Shown here: piece by piece, positions 34,084 to 42,867 of the stretch | How positions within the stretch are numbered: the first letter of the stretch is position 1 | How the letters are laid out: every line of letters begins with the position of its first letter | Source: a virus | Taxonomy: Duplodnaviria; Caudoviricetes | IMG/VR virus record: IMGVR_UViG_3300018031_000009 | Location: 1-50,152 of that record | Reading direction: 5' to 3' (one strand) | DNA: 50,152 nt | The notes under the pieces: generated by a model | The model's input: the letters and a program-made list of their open reading frames with translations, nothing else | Databases searched by the model: none | Told to the model about the DNA's origin: nothing | Translations under genes and position numbers: made by a program

Positions 34084-34281
34084 CTACTCCTGGTGGTTTA
34101 GGGGGATCGGGTAGCTGCGCGCGACCTTGCCGACGCGCGCCGGCTGCGGTTTGAGCATGGTGATGCGGGAGAGCAGGTGCCGTGCGCCGTAGAGGGGATA
34201 CTCGGCGGTGAGCTTGCCCAGCGCGTCGCGCAGGATTTCGCGCTCGGCCCCGGTCATGTAGAGGGTGTAGTGGTCGCTCAT
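34084..34281 (-). CDS. Hypothetical protein
   Basis: ATGA coupling. Confidence 0.6.
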   Translation of the reverse strand: MSDHYTLYMTGAEREILRDALGKLTAEYPLYGARHLLSRITMLKPQPARVGKVARSYPIPLNHQE

Positions 34282-34493
34282 GTGCATGCCTCGCAGTAGC
34301 GGACGCGCGCAGGAACGCTGGCATTGCAGCCGCGGCATTCGTGCGTCTGGTTGGAGCAGCCGGTTTCGTGAGCCGGCATGCCGTTGATGACCAGCGCCGC
34401 GCAGGACGAGCACGCGACGCGGTAGGAGCGGGTGAAAGGGACGTGCGTCGTTCGGTCAAAGCCGGCGAGCCGGAGTGCTTCGATCTGGGTCAC
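34278..34493 (-). CDS. Cys-rich Zn-finger protein, first gene of the inverted cassette
   Basis: CSSC.ALVING...HETGC.N...CRGC...CEAC. Confidence 0.7.
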   Translation of the reverse strand: MTQIEALRLAGFDRTTHVPFTRSYRVACSSCAALVINGMPAHETGCSNQTHECRGCNASVPARVRYCEACT

Positions 34494-34527
34494 GATTAGG
34501 TGCGCCTTATCAGATATGGCAAGATTG

Positions 34528-34564
34528 CCTAGTCACAGATTACTAGGAACCGGCAGGAAGTCAA
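34528..34564 (-). promoter_or_regulatory. Leftward promoter overlapped by a 20-bp operator-like palindrome
   Basis: TTGACT (34564-34559) - 16 bp - TAATCT (34542-34537); CCTAGTCA-CAGA-TTACTAGG at 34528-34547. Confidence 0.65.
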
Positions 34565-34584
34565 GCCCCTCTAATTGAGGGATC

Positions 34585-34899
34585 GTGAACAAAGGTCACA
34601 CAAGGATGCGTGTCGAACCATCGACGGCCGAGACCATGCGCGAGGCGCTCGCCCGCGTTGAGGTTGTGGCGCGCGCGTTCGGGTGGACCGAGGACGACAA
34701 GGCCGCGGCCCGTGCGCTCGCCCAGCGCCGGCCCGGCGCGCTCCTGTCGCAGCTTCGGGTCTGGTCCGCGATGAAGCCGGGGCCGGACCCCGCCATCCCT
34801 GTCACGTTCGCCGTGCCCGGCTGGGGCGCGATGGACTGTCCCGTGTGCGGGAGGCCGGCGGGGACATGCGACTGCCACGGCGGCGCGACCCCGGCGTGA
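34585..34899 (+). CDS. Hypothetical protein (C-terminal CxxC...CxC)
   Basis: Stop is coupled to the next GTG. Confidence 0.55.
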   Translation: MNKGHTRMRVEPSTAETMREALARVEVVARAFGWTEDDKAAARALAQRRPGALLSQLRVWSAMKPGPDPAIPVTFAVPGWGAMDCPVCGRPAGTCDCHGGATPA

Positions 34900-35150
34900 G
34901 CCCCAGCCGTATGCAGAACGAGCCGCGCAGCGTCGCCTTTCGCGCATGGGAGGGGACGACGGACGCCCTGTGGCGGGGCGCGATCTACACGGTCCTCGCG
35001 ATTGCGGGCCTGATCTTCTGGACTGCCACCGGCGGCGCGAAAGTGACGGAATACCGCCACTCTCAGGTCAGGCGTCGGAACCGCGACATGGTTGCCAGGC
35101 GCGCCAGGACGCGCTCCAGCGCCCCGATGACCGACCGGCATGGTAGGTAG
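34896..35150 (+). CDS. Single-pass membrane protein
   Basis: GAIYTVLAIAGLIFW followed by a basic tail. Confidence 0.5.
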   Translation: MSPSRMQNEPRSVAFRAWEGTTDALWRGAIYTVLAIAGLIFWTATGGAKVTEYRHSQVRRRNRDMVARRARTRSSAPMTDRHGR

Positions 35151-35158
35151 CTTGGAAA

Positions 35159-36259
35159 ATGACCAACCAGACCCTTACCGCGGTGCAGCAGGCAGCCGCC
35201 GCTCGCGACGCGCTGCTGCAAGGGCATGGCTCACCGCCGCCCACGACGCCGCTCCCAGCCGACGCCTTTGAGGACGTACCGGCTGACGAGTCGGTCCCGC
35301 CGCTGGCTCAGTCCGAGCCCGAGCGGATCATCCACGAGGTCGAGGCCGCGGGCGAGCACGACCCCGCGCGGGCGCCGGCCACCCAAGATACGGTTGATGC
35401 GCTTGCGCAGCGGATCGTGCTCTTCGACCGTATGAGAGCAGACTACGAAGCCGGCCTGTCCTTCGCGGCGCTGGGGATGAAGTACTGCATGAGCCGGCAG
35501 AGAGCCCAGCAGCTCCAGAAGCAGCAGGGGTGGATTCGCCGGCTCACCGGGCGCGTGGTCGCGAGGCGGGAGGAGCTTGTCGCCCAGGACGTGCTCGACA
35601 AGGCGCGCGCCGATGAGGGGGCGCGCTTGACGACAGAAGCAGCAACCGCACCGCATCGGTTCAAGGACAGCAGCGGTCAGCCCTTGACAGCCCTTGACAG
35701 CGCGGGCCTTGACACACCCTTGACACCTGCGTTTTTTGGATCCTTGACGCCGGCCAAGAGGCGCAAGACCGAGAAGCAAGCCGTCGATGCTGTCGCCACC
35801 GAACAGGCTGGCGTGATCGCGGACCACAAGGTCAAGCTGGCCGCTGCGCTCAAGCTGGCATCGGACCTCACCGACACGGCCGCCGTTATGCTCGGGGCGC
35901 TGAAAGTCCTTAGCGAACAGGGTGTTAGGGCCATCATCGAGGAGGCATGTAGCATCCTGGCTACAAGCAAGGAGCACGCGCCGCTCGCGCGCAGCCTGGC
36001 TCAGTTGCTACGCCTCGATGCGCAGGTCACTGTCCTGAAGGACATTGCTGCCACGGCTCACCGCTCGATCGGCGGGGGCACGGTGCATGTGACCGAGGCC
36101 AGGCGTGTAGCGCATGACATACGAAACGATGCGGGTGAGGGTGATGACGGGAACAACGAGATCGTCAAGCTGATGCTGGAGAACAGGGGACGACGACTCA
36201 AGGGAGGGGGAGGCAGCGCGCCCCCTGCGTTGCCGAGCCCCCGGAGTCCCGTTTCCTGA
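35159..36259 (+). CDS. terS: Terminase small subunit (putative)
   Basis: HTH MRADYEAGLSFAALGMKY.MSRQ...QQGWIR followed by long helices; upstream of terL. Confidence 0.7.
   Translation: MTNQTLTAVQQAAAARDALLQGHGSPPPTTPLPADAFEDVPADESVPPLAQSEPERIIHEVEAAGEHDPARAPATQDTVDALAQRIVLFDRMRADYEAGLSFAALGMKYCMSRQRAQQLQKQQGWIRRLTGRVVARREELVAQDVLDKARADEGARLTTEAATAPHRFKDSSGQPLTALDSAGLDTPLTPAFFGSLTPAKRRKTEKQAVDAVATEQAGVIADHKVKLAAALKLASDLTDTAAVMLGALKVLSEQGVRAIIEEACSILATSKEHAPLARSLAQLLRLDAQVTVLKDIAATAHRSIGGGTVHVTEARRVAHDIRNDAGEGDDGNNEIVKLMLENRGRRLKGGGGSAPPALPSPRSPVS
35626..35749 (+). repeat. Cluster of (C)CTTGAC(A/G) direct repeats inside terS
   Basis: Copies at 35626, 35682, 35692, 35707, 35718 and 35742. Confidence 0.85.
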
Positions 36260-36779
36260 CCCCGCCCCCCCCCCAGGGGGTGCGCGCAAAGCGAACTGTG
36301 GCTCCGGCTCGGGTGGGAGAGAGGACCCTCTACCTCCGACCCCCTCACTTTCCCGAACACGAGAGACGGGAAGGTTGGGTCCTCTTCCGGTGTTTCGGAG
36401 GCAACCCCCGCCGGGGGTGATGGGACCCGGTCGCAGGGCAGTACCGTCACACGATTTTGCTGCGCGCGATCGCAAGAGTCCTGCGCGCGATGATCCGACC
36501 GGCGGTGCCGGAGCTCGAGATGGCGCGCCCTGCCGAGGCGCCTCGGGCCGCCCTGAAAAGGGCCTTGCCGGTGCCGTCGGTCGGCTTCTCGGAGTTCCAG
36601 ATCAGGGCGCGGCAGGCGGGGTGTCGATGACGCGGGTGGCTCCGCCGGGGTCTTCGCCGCCGGGTAGCCGCCGGCACGCAGCGCCCTGTTCTGGGACCCC
36701 CTGATTCGTCACGCTTTACCGTACGCTGCCCCGTTGCGCGCGTCGGTACGGTAATCGTTTACTAACCAAGGAGTTGCAG

Positions 36780-37121
36780 ATGGCAAAAGACCGGCCAGCG
36801 ATGGACCGAGATCAGATGGCGGCCGATCATGCGCGGGGCGCGTGGTCGGATGTGCGCGAGCCGAAGACGGCCGCCTACAAGCCGAAGGACAAGGCGGGCG
36901 AGACCCCCTGGTCCGCGGCTGTGCGCCGGGTGAGGGAGTCCTACGCCGCCACCGCCGGCAAGGCTGCCGAGGCCGTGAAGGGTGCCGCCTCGAGCGCCGC
37001 CGACGTCACCTACAAGGCCGTCACCGGCCAGGACGCCGGTGCCATCCGAAAGCGGGCCTCCGACGCGGCCGGGCTCCGGGACGCTCTCAAGCGGGACGAG
37101 AGCACGGGGTACGGGGCATGA
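36780..37121 (+). CDS. Small Ala/Lys-rich protein
   Basis: AAGGAG RBS; ends GLRDALKRDESTGYGA. Confidence 0.75.
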   Translation: MAKDRPAMDRDQMAADHARGAWSDVREPKTAAYKPKDKAGETPWSAAVRRVRESYAATAGKAAEAVKGAASSAADVTYKAVTGQDAGAIRKRASDAAGLRDALKRDESTGYGA

Positions 37122-37249
37122 ACGACGCCAGCAAGCCCGTGGGTCCCGGCACCTTCCGGCTGACCATCATCGCCGCCTCCGTGCGCGCCTGGTTCCTGGC
37201 CGCCGACCGCCGTCGCGCGCGCCGAGCGGCGAAGCGGAGGGGCCGATGA
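37118..37249 (+). CDS. 43-aa peptide with basic tail
   Basis: ATGA coupling at both ends. Confidence 0.5.
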   Translation: MNDASKPVGPGTFRLTIIAASVRAWFLAADRRRARRAAKRRGR

Positions 37250-37488
37250 GCCACGAGCGGTCCGAGACGATGCAGCTTCCCTCCGGGAAGTGGCACAACG
37301 TCTACGGCAAGGACACGCCGAAGGCCGGGGAACGGCTGCCGGACACGGCCGAGTACGACTCCGTCGACGAGGCGGTTACTGCCGCCAAGGCGCGCTCCGC
37401 GGCCGAGGGCCGGAAGACGCGCCGGTCCGAGTCCCGGGAGCTCCGGGACTCGTTGAAGCCGGACCGGACCGGCGGGTACGGGTACTGA
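37246..37488 (+). CDS. Small protein
   Basis: GGAGG RBS; ends ELRDSLKPDRTGGYGY. Confidence 0.7.
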   Translation: MSHERSETMQLPSGKWHNVYGKDTPKAGERLPDTAEYDSVDEAVTAAKARSAAEGRKTRRSESRELRDSLKPDRTGGYGY

Positions 37489-37489
37489 C

Positions 37490-37642
37490 ATGCCCGAGGA
37501 GTCCACCGTGCCGGTGCCCGAGAACGCCTCGAGCGCCTATCCGCCCTACCGGAAGGCGAACCCGCCGAAGCGGCGCCGGCGCAAGAAGGCCCGCCGGCAG
37601 TCGCCGGGTCTGAGCTCGGTCAAGCGGCCGGCGGGGTACTGA
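37490..37642 (+). CDS. 50-aa basic peptide
   Basis: KRRRRKKARR; ends GLSSVKRPAGY. Confidence 0.55.
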   Translation: MPEESTVPVPENASSAYPPYRKANPPKRRRRKKARRQSPGLSSVKRPAGY

Positions 37643-37696
37643 GATGCGCCTCGAGCCCGTGCCGATGCCGCCGTGGCGGCCCCGCCGGAGGGGCAA

Positions 37697-37849
37697 GTGA
37701 AGGTCGTGAAGCTCCCGAACCGCACCCCCATCTGCCCGGAGACGAGGATGGCCTGCGGGCGGAAGTGCATGGGGATCATCTGCATCCGCGCGCTCGAGAG
37801 CACGCGGGCATTGAAGGCTCGTCGGGACGCGGAGCGGGCCAAGCCATGA
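37697..37849 (+). CDS. 50-aa four-Cys peptide
   Basis: GGAGG RBS; ATGA coupling to the next gene. Confidence 0.5.
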   Translation: MKVVKLPNRTPICPETRMACGRKCMGIICIRALESTRALKARRDAERAKP

Positions 37850-38112
37850 GCACGGTCCGGGAGCTCTGCACGGTCCGGGAACTCTTCACCCCCGAGCGGG
37901 CTGCCGCCGTACTGGCGGTGGGCAGGAACAGCCGCCCGCTGAATCCCAGCCGGGTGGCGGCGCTGGCCGCCGCGATGCTGGCCGGGACCTTCGACTCAGA
38001 AGCCGGGCTGCCGGTCAGCTTCCGAGCTGGGCATCCGAGGAACGGGCAGCACCGGATGGCCGCGATCGTGCTGTCCGGCGTGACGCTCGAGCTGCCGGTG
38101 AGGTGGCGGTAG
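37846..38112 (+). CDS. Stand-alone ParB/Srx-like domain
   Basis: TPE.A...L...NSRPL...V..LA..M..G.F...NGQHRMAAIV.SG. Confidence 0.7.
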   Translation: MSTVRELCTVRELFTPERAAAVLAVGRNSRPLNPSRVAALAAAMLAGTFDSEAGLPVSFRAGHPRNGQHRMAAIVLSGVTLELPVRWR

Positions 38113-38130
38113 TACCGCACTGGTGATGCC

Positions 38131-39666
38131 ATGTCGGTGAAGCGGAAGCTCCACTCGACGTGGCAGATGTCGAAGGAGGACTTCAAGATCCTCGAGCTCA
38201 TGGCCGACTACTACGCGGATCCGTACGGGTTCGTGTGCGACGTCTTCGCCTGGGGCAAGGGCGAGCTCTCCGAGCACGCCGGCCCGGACGACTGGCAGCG
38301 CGAGGTGCTGCTCGAGATTGGGCGCCGGGTGGCCGAGAACACCGAGGAGAAGCCGGACGGCACCTGGGACATGAAGCCGTTGGCTGACGCCATCCAGATC
38401 GCGGTCGCGTCGGGCCACGGGGTTGGGAAGAGCGCACTGATCGCGTGGATCATCCTGTGGTTCATGTCGACGCGCGAGCACCCGCAGATCCCGGTAACGG
38501 CGAACACGCAGCACCAGCTCTTGACGAAGACGTGGCGGGAGCTGTCGCGCTGGCACCAGCGGTGCTTCCACAAGCACTGGTTCGAGTGGACGGCGACGCG
38601 CTTCTACCACAAGGCGTTTCCGGAGACCTGGTTCGCCGCGGCGATTGCCTGGTCGAAGCAGCACTCGGAGGCGTTCGCGGGAACGCACGAGAAGCACGTC
38701 CTGCTCTTGATGGACGAGGGCTCGGCGATCCCGGACATGATCTGGGAGGTGTCGGACGGCGCGATGTCGACGCCGGGCGCCATTCGCATCGCGTTCGGCA
38801 ACCCGACGCGGAATCACGGCCGGTTCTCCGAGTGCTTCCGCAAGTTCAAGGCCCGGTGGTGGACGCGGCAGATCGACTCGCGCACCTCGCGGCTGACGAA
38901 CAAAGTCCTGATTCAGCAGGCGATCGACGACTACGGCGAGGACAGTGACTTCGTCCGGGTCCGGTGGCGCGGCCTGTTCCCGCGGCAGTCGGAGACGCAG
39001 TTCATCTCGAGCGAAGCCGTCTTCGCGGCCCAGCAGAAGAACCTCCCCGAGGAGGCGTACAAGGACCAGCCGAAGGTGGTGTCGGTCGACGTCGCGCGGC
39101 ACGGCGGCTGCAAGACGGTCATCACGATGCGGCAGGGCCGGAAGGTCTGGCCGCAGATCAAGCTGCGGATCCCCGACCTGGTGCAGGTTTCGCGCCACGT
39201 CGCGAACGTGATCGAGGATTTTCAGCCGGACGTCCCGACGCAGGTTGACGCGACGGGCATGGGATGGGGCGTGGTCGACACGCTGCGCTCCTGGGGCTAC
39301 GCGGTGAGCGGCGTCGAGGTCGGCACGAAGGCGGACCGATCGGAGCAGTACCACGATCGCCGATCCGAGCTCTGTGACAAGATGAAAAAGTGGGTCGGCG
39401 ACGGCGCGGACATCCCGCCGGATCCCGAGCTCGCGGACGAGCTCACCTCGCTCGCGCACCGCTACGACGACAAACAACGGCTCGAGCTCCTCTCGAAGCA
39501 GCACATGGAGAAGGTGCTCGACCTCCCGAGCCCCGACTGCGCGGACTCGCTGATGATTTCCTTCAACGCGCCGTTGGTCGGGACCAAGTCGTCCGACTCG
39601 ACGGCGGCCCGACGCAAGGCCCGCGAGAAGCGGGGCGAGCGTTTTAATTGGAAAGCCGGAGCATGA
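38131..39666 (+). CDS. terL: Terminase large subunit
   Basis: SGHGVGKS, LLLMDEG, FGNPTR, VDVAR.G, D.TG.G.GV.D, SPDCADS. Confidence 0.95.
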   Translation: MSVKRKLHSTWQMSKEDFKILELMADYYADPYGFVCDVFAWGKGELSEHAGPDDWQREVLLEIGRRVAENTEEKPDGTWDMKPLADAIQIAVASGHGVGKSALIAWIILWFMSTREHPQIPVTANTQHQLLTKTWRELSRWHQRCFHKHWFEWTATRFYHKAFPETWFAAAIAWSKQHSEAFAGTHEKHVLLLMDEGSAIPDMIWEVSDGAMSTPGAIRIAFGNPTRNHGRFSECFRKFKARWWTRQIDSRTSRLTNKVLIQQAIDDYGEDSDFVRVRWRGLFPRQSETQFISSEAVFAAQQKNLPEEAYKDQPKVVSVDVARHGGCKTVITMRQGRKVWPQIKLRIPDLVQVSRHVANVIEDFQPDVPTQVDATGMGWGVVDTLRSWGYAVSGVEVGTKADRSEQYHDRRSELCDKMKKWVGDGADIPPDPELADELTSLAHRYDDKQRLELLSKQHMEKVLDLPSPDCADSLMISFNAPLVGTKSSDSTAARRKAREKRGERFNWKAGA

Positions 39667-39824
39667 ATAAGGTCAAGTACCGCAATCTCAAGACGGGCCA
39701 GATCAGGACCGTGACCGTCGTGCAGAGCCGGAAGCTGGTCGAGCAGAGCGGCACCCTGACGCTCGCGCGCGCCAACCGCATCCTCACGCGGGGCGGCTAC
39801 GAGCGCGCCGGGAGCCGGGCGTGA
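39663..39824 (+). CDS. 53-aa basic peptide
   Basis: ATGA/GTGA coupling. Confidence 0.55.
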   Translation: MNKVKYRNLKTGQIRTVTVVQSRKLVEQSGTLTLARANRILTRGGYERAGSRA

Positions 39825-40003
39825 AGACGTCGGCCATTTTCCTGTGGCTGGTGATGTACCCCGCCTGCGGAGACGCCATCTACGACCTGATCCAAGGGCC
39901 GTTCTCGTCTGTCGCCGCGTGCGAGATCCAGCAGGAGCTCGTGGTCGCGGTCAAGGGACCGCCCGCGCCGGGCTCGATCTACAAGTGCGGGCCGAGGCCA
40001 TGA
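39821..40003 (+). CDS. Small Cys-containing protein
   Basis: GPFSS..ACE...C motif; coupled at both ends. Confidence 0.55.
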   Translation: MKTSAIFLWLVMYPACGDAIYDLIQGPFSSVAACEIQQELVVAVKGPPAPGSIYKCGPRP

Positions 40004-40242
40004 CCCTCGATCTGCGGGACCCGTCTGGTTTTACTCACCGACTCGTGCTAGAGCGCGGCGTGTGGCACGGCGCCGAGAACATTGCGCACATCGTCACGCG
40101 CAAGGATCAGAAACGGCTGCGCGAGGTGATCCTCGCGCGCCTGGAAGAAGGTCGACTTCTGCCGACCGGCTACACAGCAGACGTGGTTGCGGGGACGCTG
40201 AAACAACGGGGCGCGAAGAGCGCCACTATTTCAACCGACTGA
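40000..40242 (+). CDS. Hypothetical protein
   Basis: ATGA coupling. Confidence 0.55.
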   Translation: MTLDLRDPSGFTHRLVLERGVWHGAENIAHIVTRKDQKRLREVILARLEEGRLLPTGYTADVVAGTLKQRGAKSATISTD

Positions 40243-40250
40243 GGTAGCGC

Positions 40251-42857
40251 ATGGACTACAACATGGGCGAGACGAGTCAGGGCCAGGAGACTAACCTGCG
40301 CTCGACCGACGACCGCCTCGCGCGCTACGCCGACGGGATGCAGCCTGGCTCGTTCCAGAACGTCCTCGAGGAGATCCGCTGGGAGCCGCCCTGGCGGCGC
40401 CAGTCCGACAAGGGCGCGGACTACTACGACTCGAATCAGCTAGACAACGAGACGCTCCAGCGCATGCGCGATCGGGGCATCGCGCCGATCGTCTACAACA
40501 TCTGCGCGCCGGTCATCGACGTCTCGATCGGCCTCGAGGCGCGCAACCGCACCGACGCGCGCGTCCTGGAGTCCGGCGACACGCCGGAGAAGTGGACGCA
40601 GGTCGCCTCGGTTCTGGGCTCGCGGCTGCACAAGGCCGAGCGGAGGAGCCACCTCGACAAGGCTTGCGCGGACGCCTACGGCACGATGCTCAAGGCGGGC
40701 ATCGCCTGGGTTGAGGTCGCGCGCGAGAACAACCCGATGGAGTACCCGTACCGGGCTGCTCACATCCACCGCCGGGAGATGTTCTGGGATTGGCGCGACC
40801 TTTCGCGTGATCTCCGGCACGCGCGCTACTTGGTGCGCTCGAAGTGGCAGGACGTCGACGTGGCGCGGATGTTGATGCCCGAGCACAAGGAACTCATCAA
40901 CGAGGTCTACAACGGGTGGCAGGGCCACAACGACCTCGACCTGGACCTCCTGTCGCGGACCGACCTCGCGCAGGGCTTCGAGGACGAGCGGATCTTCGTC
41001 ATCCCGGACTTCGAGTGGCGCAACACCGCGCGCCGCCGGATCCGCTTCTACGAGACGTGGTATCGGGTCTGGAAGCGCAGCTTCGTGATGAAGCTCGCGC
41101 ACGGGAAGACGCTGCCGTTCGATCGTGAGAACCGCGAGCACATCGCGGCTCTGCTGTCGGGCCAGGTGCAGGTCGAGCCCGCCGTGTTCCCGGAGGTGCG
41201 CCTCGCCATGTGGATGGGGCCGCACCGGATGTTCGACGTCCCGTCGCCGTACCGGCACGGGCGGTTCCCCTACATCCCGTTCTTCTGCTACCGGGAGGAC
41301 CTGACCGGGGTCCCGTACGGCCTAATGCGCCGGATGATGCCGGCGCAGGACGAGGTGAACGCACGCCGCAGCAAGATCATGTGGTACCTGGCGTCGCGGC
41401 GCCTGATCGCCGACTCCGACGCGATCGACAAGACGCACAACTCGCACGACGAGGTGATGGACGAGCTGTCGCGGCCAGACGCCGCGATCTGGCTGAACCC
41501 GGAACGGAAGAACCGCGACGACAAGGCGTTCCGCGTCGAGGCCAACCTCGACATCACCGACTCGCAGCGGTGGATGTACGAAGATGCGGTCGGCATGGTG
41601 AACAAGTCGGCCGGCGTCTTCCAGACGATGCTCGGCGACACGTCCGCCAAGGGCCAGCCGCGCGCGGGCGTGGCGATCAACTCGCTCATCGAGCAGGGGA
41701 TCACGACCCTAGCGGGCGCGAACGACAATTTTCAGTTCGGCCGCGTGCGCTGCACCGAGCACCTCCTGGACATGGTCAAGGAGGACCTGGAGACCGGCGA
41801 GAAGCATCTGACGATCGGCTCCGGCAAGGCGAAGCGCACCATCATCCTCAACCAGCGCGTCGAGAAGACGGACGCGGCAGGCAACACGACGTCCTCGATC
41901 CTGAACCACGTCCGCATGGCGGAAGTGGAGCTCGAGCTCGAGGAGGTGCCGAGCACGCCGACCCAGCGCCAGCAGGATTTCGCGGCCCTCTCGGAGCTCG
42001 TGAAGGGCCTCGCGCCCGAGGTGCAGGCCGCCGTCACCGACTTCATCATCGAAGCGTCGACCCTCCGCGACCGCGCGAAGATCGCCGATCGCATCCGCCG
42101 AGTGCTCAACCTGCCGGAGGACGTGCCGCCGGAGCAGGCCGATGCTGCCCGCGAGGCTGCCGAGGCCCAGGCCGCCGAGCAGGCCGACCTGATGAAGCGC
42201 GCCGCCGAGGCGAAGATCCGCAAGGACAACGCCGGGGCCGAGAAGACCGAAGTCGAGGCCGCCGCCAAGTCGGTGGAGATGGCCGCTACGATGCAGACCG
42301 GCGGGGTGGACCTGAGTCAGGCGCTCGAGCAGAGCCAGAAGGCGCTCGACGCGGCCGAGAAGCAGATCCAGGACCTCGAGGCGACGATCCGCGAAATGGA
42401 GATCACCACCACGAGCGAAATCGAGCGCGAGCGCATGAAGACGGCCCTGACGAAGGTGCAGTCGGCGATGCGCGAGGCCCAGGCCCAGATGAAGGCCGCC
42501 CAGGCGCAGGACGCCGCGCAGGCCCAGGTCACGCAGCAGGGCGTCAAGCACGAGGTCGAGAAGGGCTCGATGCAGGTCCAGCACGCTGGCGAGCTCGAGC
42601 GCGCCTCGATCCAGGGCGAGCAGCAGAAGGCGAAGGCCGGCTTGCAGCTCCAGAACACGAAGGCCAAGGGCGAGGTCGCCGCCGATCGCGCCAAGCATGG
42701 CGGCGCGCAAGCGACCGATCGCGCCAAACACCAGGGCCAGCAGCAGGTCAAGCACGAGCAGCGCAAGGGCGAGATCGCCGTCGCGCGCGAGAAGCAGAAG
42801 GGTCTGGCTGCCGTGCAGCAGGCGCGGCGCCAGGCGCAGTCGAAACCGAAGAAGTAA
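40251..42857 (+). CDS. Portal protein (P22/933W-like) with long coiled-coil C-terminus
   Basis: WR...DYYD..Q, N...P.ID...G.E, FPYIPF, PYGL.R.M...QDEVN.R.SK; follows terL. Confidence 0.92.
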   Translation: MDYNMGETSQGQETNLRSTDDRLARYADGMQPGSFQNVLEEIRWEPPWRRQSDKGADYYDSNQLDNETLQRMRDRGIAPIVYNICAPVIDVSIGLEARNRTDARVLESGDTPEKWTQVASVLGSRLHKAERRSHLDKACADAYGTMLKAGIAWVEVARENNPMEYPYRAAHIHRREMFWDWRDLSRDLRHARYLVRSKWQDVDVARMLMPEHKELINEVYNGWQGHNDLDLDLLSRTDLAQGFEDERIFVIPDFEWRNTARRRIRFYETWYRVWKRSFVMKLAHGKTLPFDRENREHIAALLSGQVQVEPAVFPEVRLAMWMGPHRMFDVPSPYRHGRFPYIPFFCYREDLTGVPYGLMRRMMPAQDEVNARRSKIMWYLASRRLIADSDAIDKTHNSHDEVMDELSRPDAAIWLNPERKNRDDKAFRVEANLDITDSQRWMYEDAVGMVNKSAGVFQTMLGDTSAKGQPRAGVAINSLIEQGITTLAGANDNFQFGRVRCTEHLLDMVKEDLETGEKHLTIGSGKAKRTIILNQRVEKTDAAGNTTSSILNHVRMAEVELELEEVPSTPTQRQQDFAALSELVKGLAPEVQAAVTDFIIEASTLRDRAKIADRIRRVLNLPEDVPPEQADAAREAAEAQAAEQADLMKRAAEAKIRKDNAGAEKTEVEAAAKSVEMAATMQTGGVDLSQALEQSQKALDAAEKQIQDLEATIREMEITTTSEIERERMKTALTKVQSAMREAQAQMKAAQAQDAAQAQVTQQGVKHEVEKGSMQVQHAGELERASIQGEQQKAKAGLQLQNTKAKGEVAADRAKHGGAQATDRAKHQGQQQVKHEQRKGEIAVAREKQKGLAAVQQARRQAQSKPKK

Positions 42858-42867
42858 GGAGACGAGC

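Noticed and set aside
33291-35150. Small membrane ORFs as holins
   Set aside because: No adjacent endolysin or spanin, so this cannot be supported.
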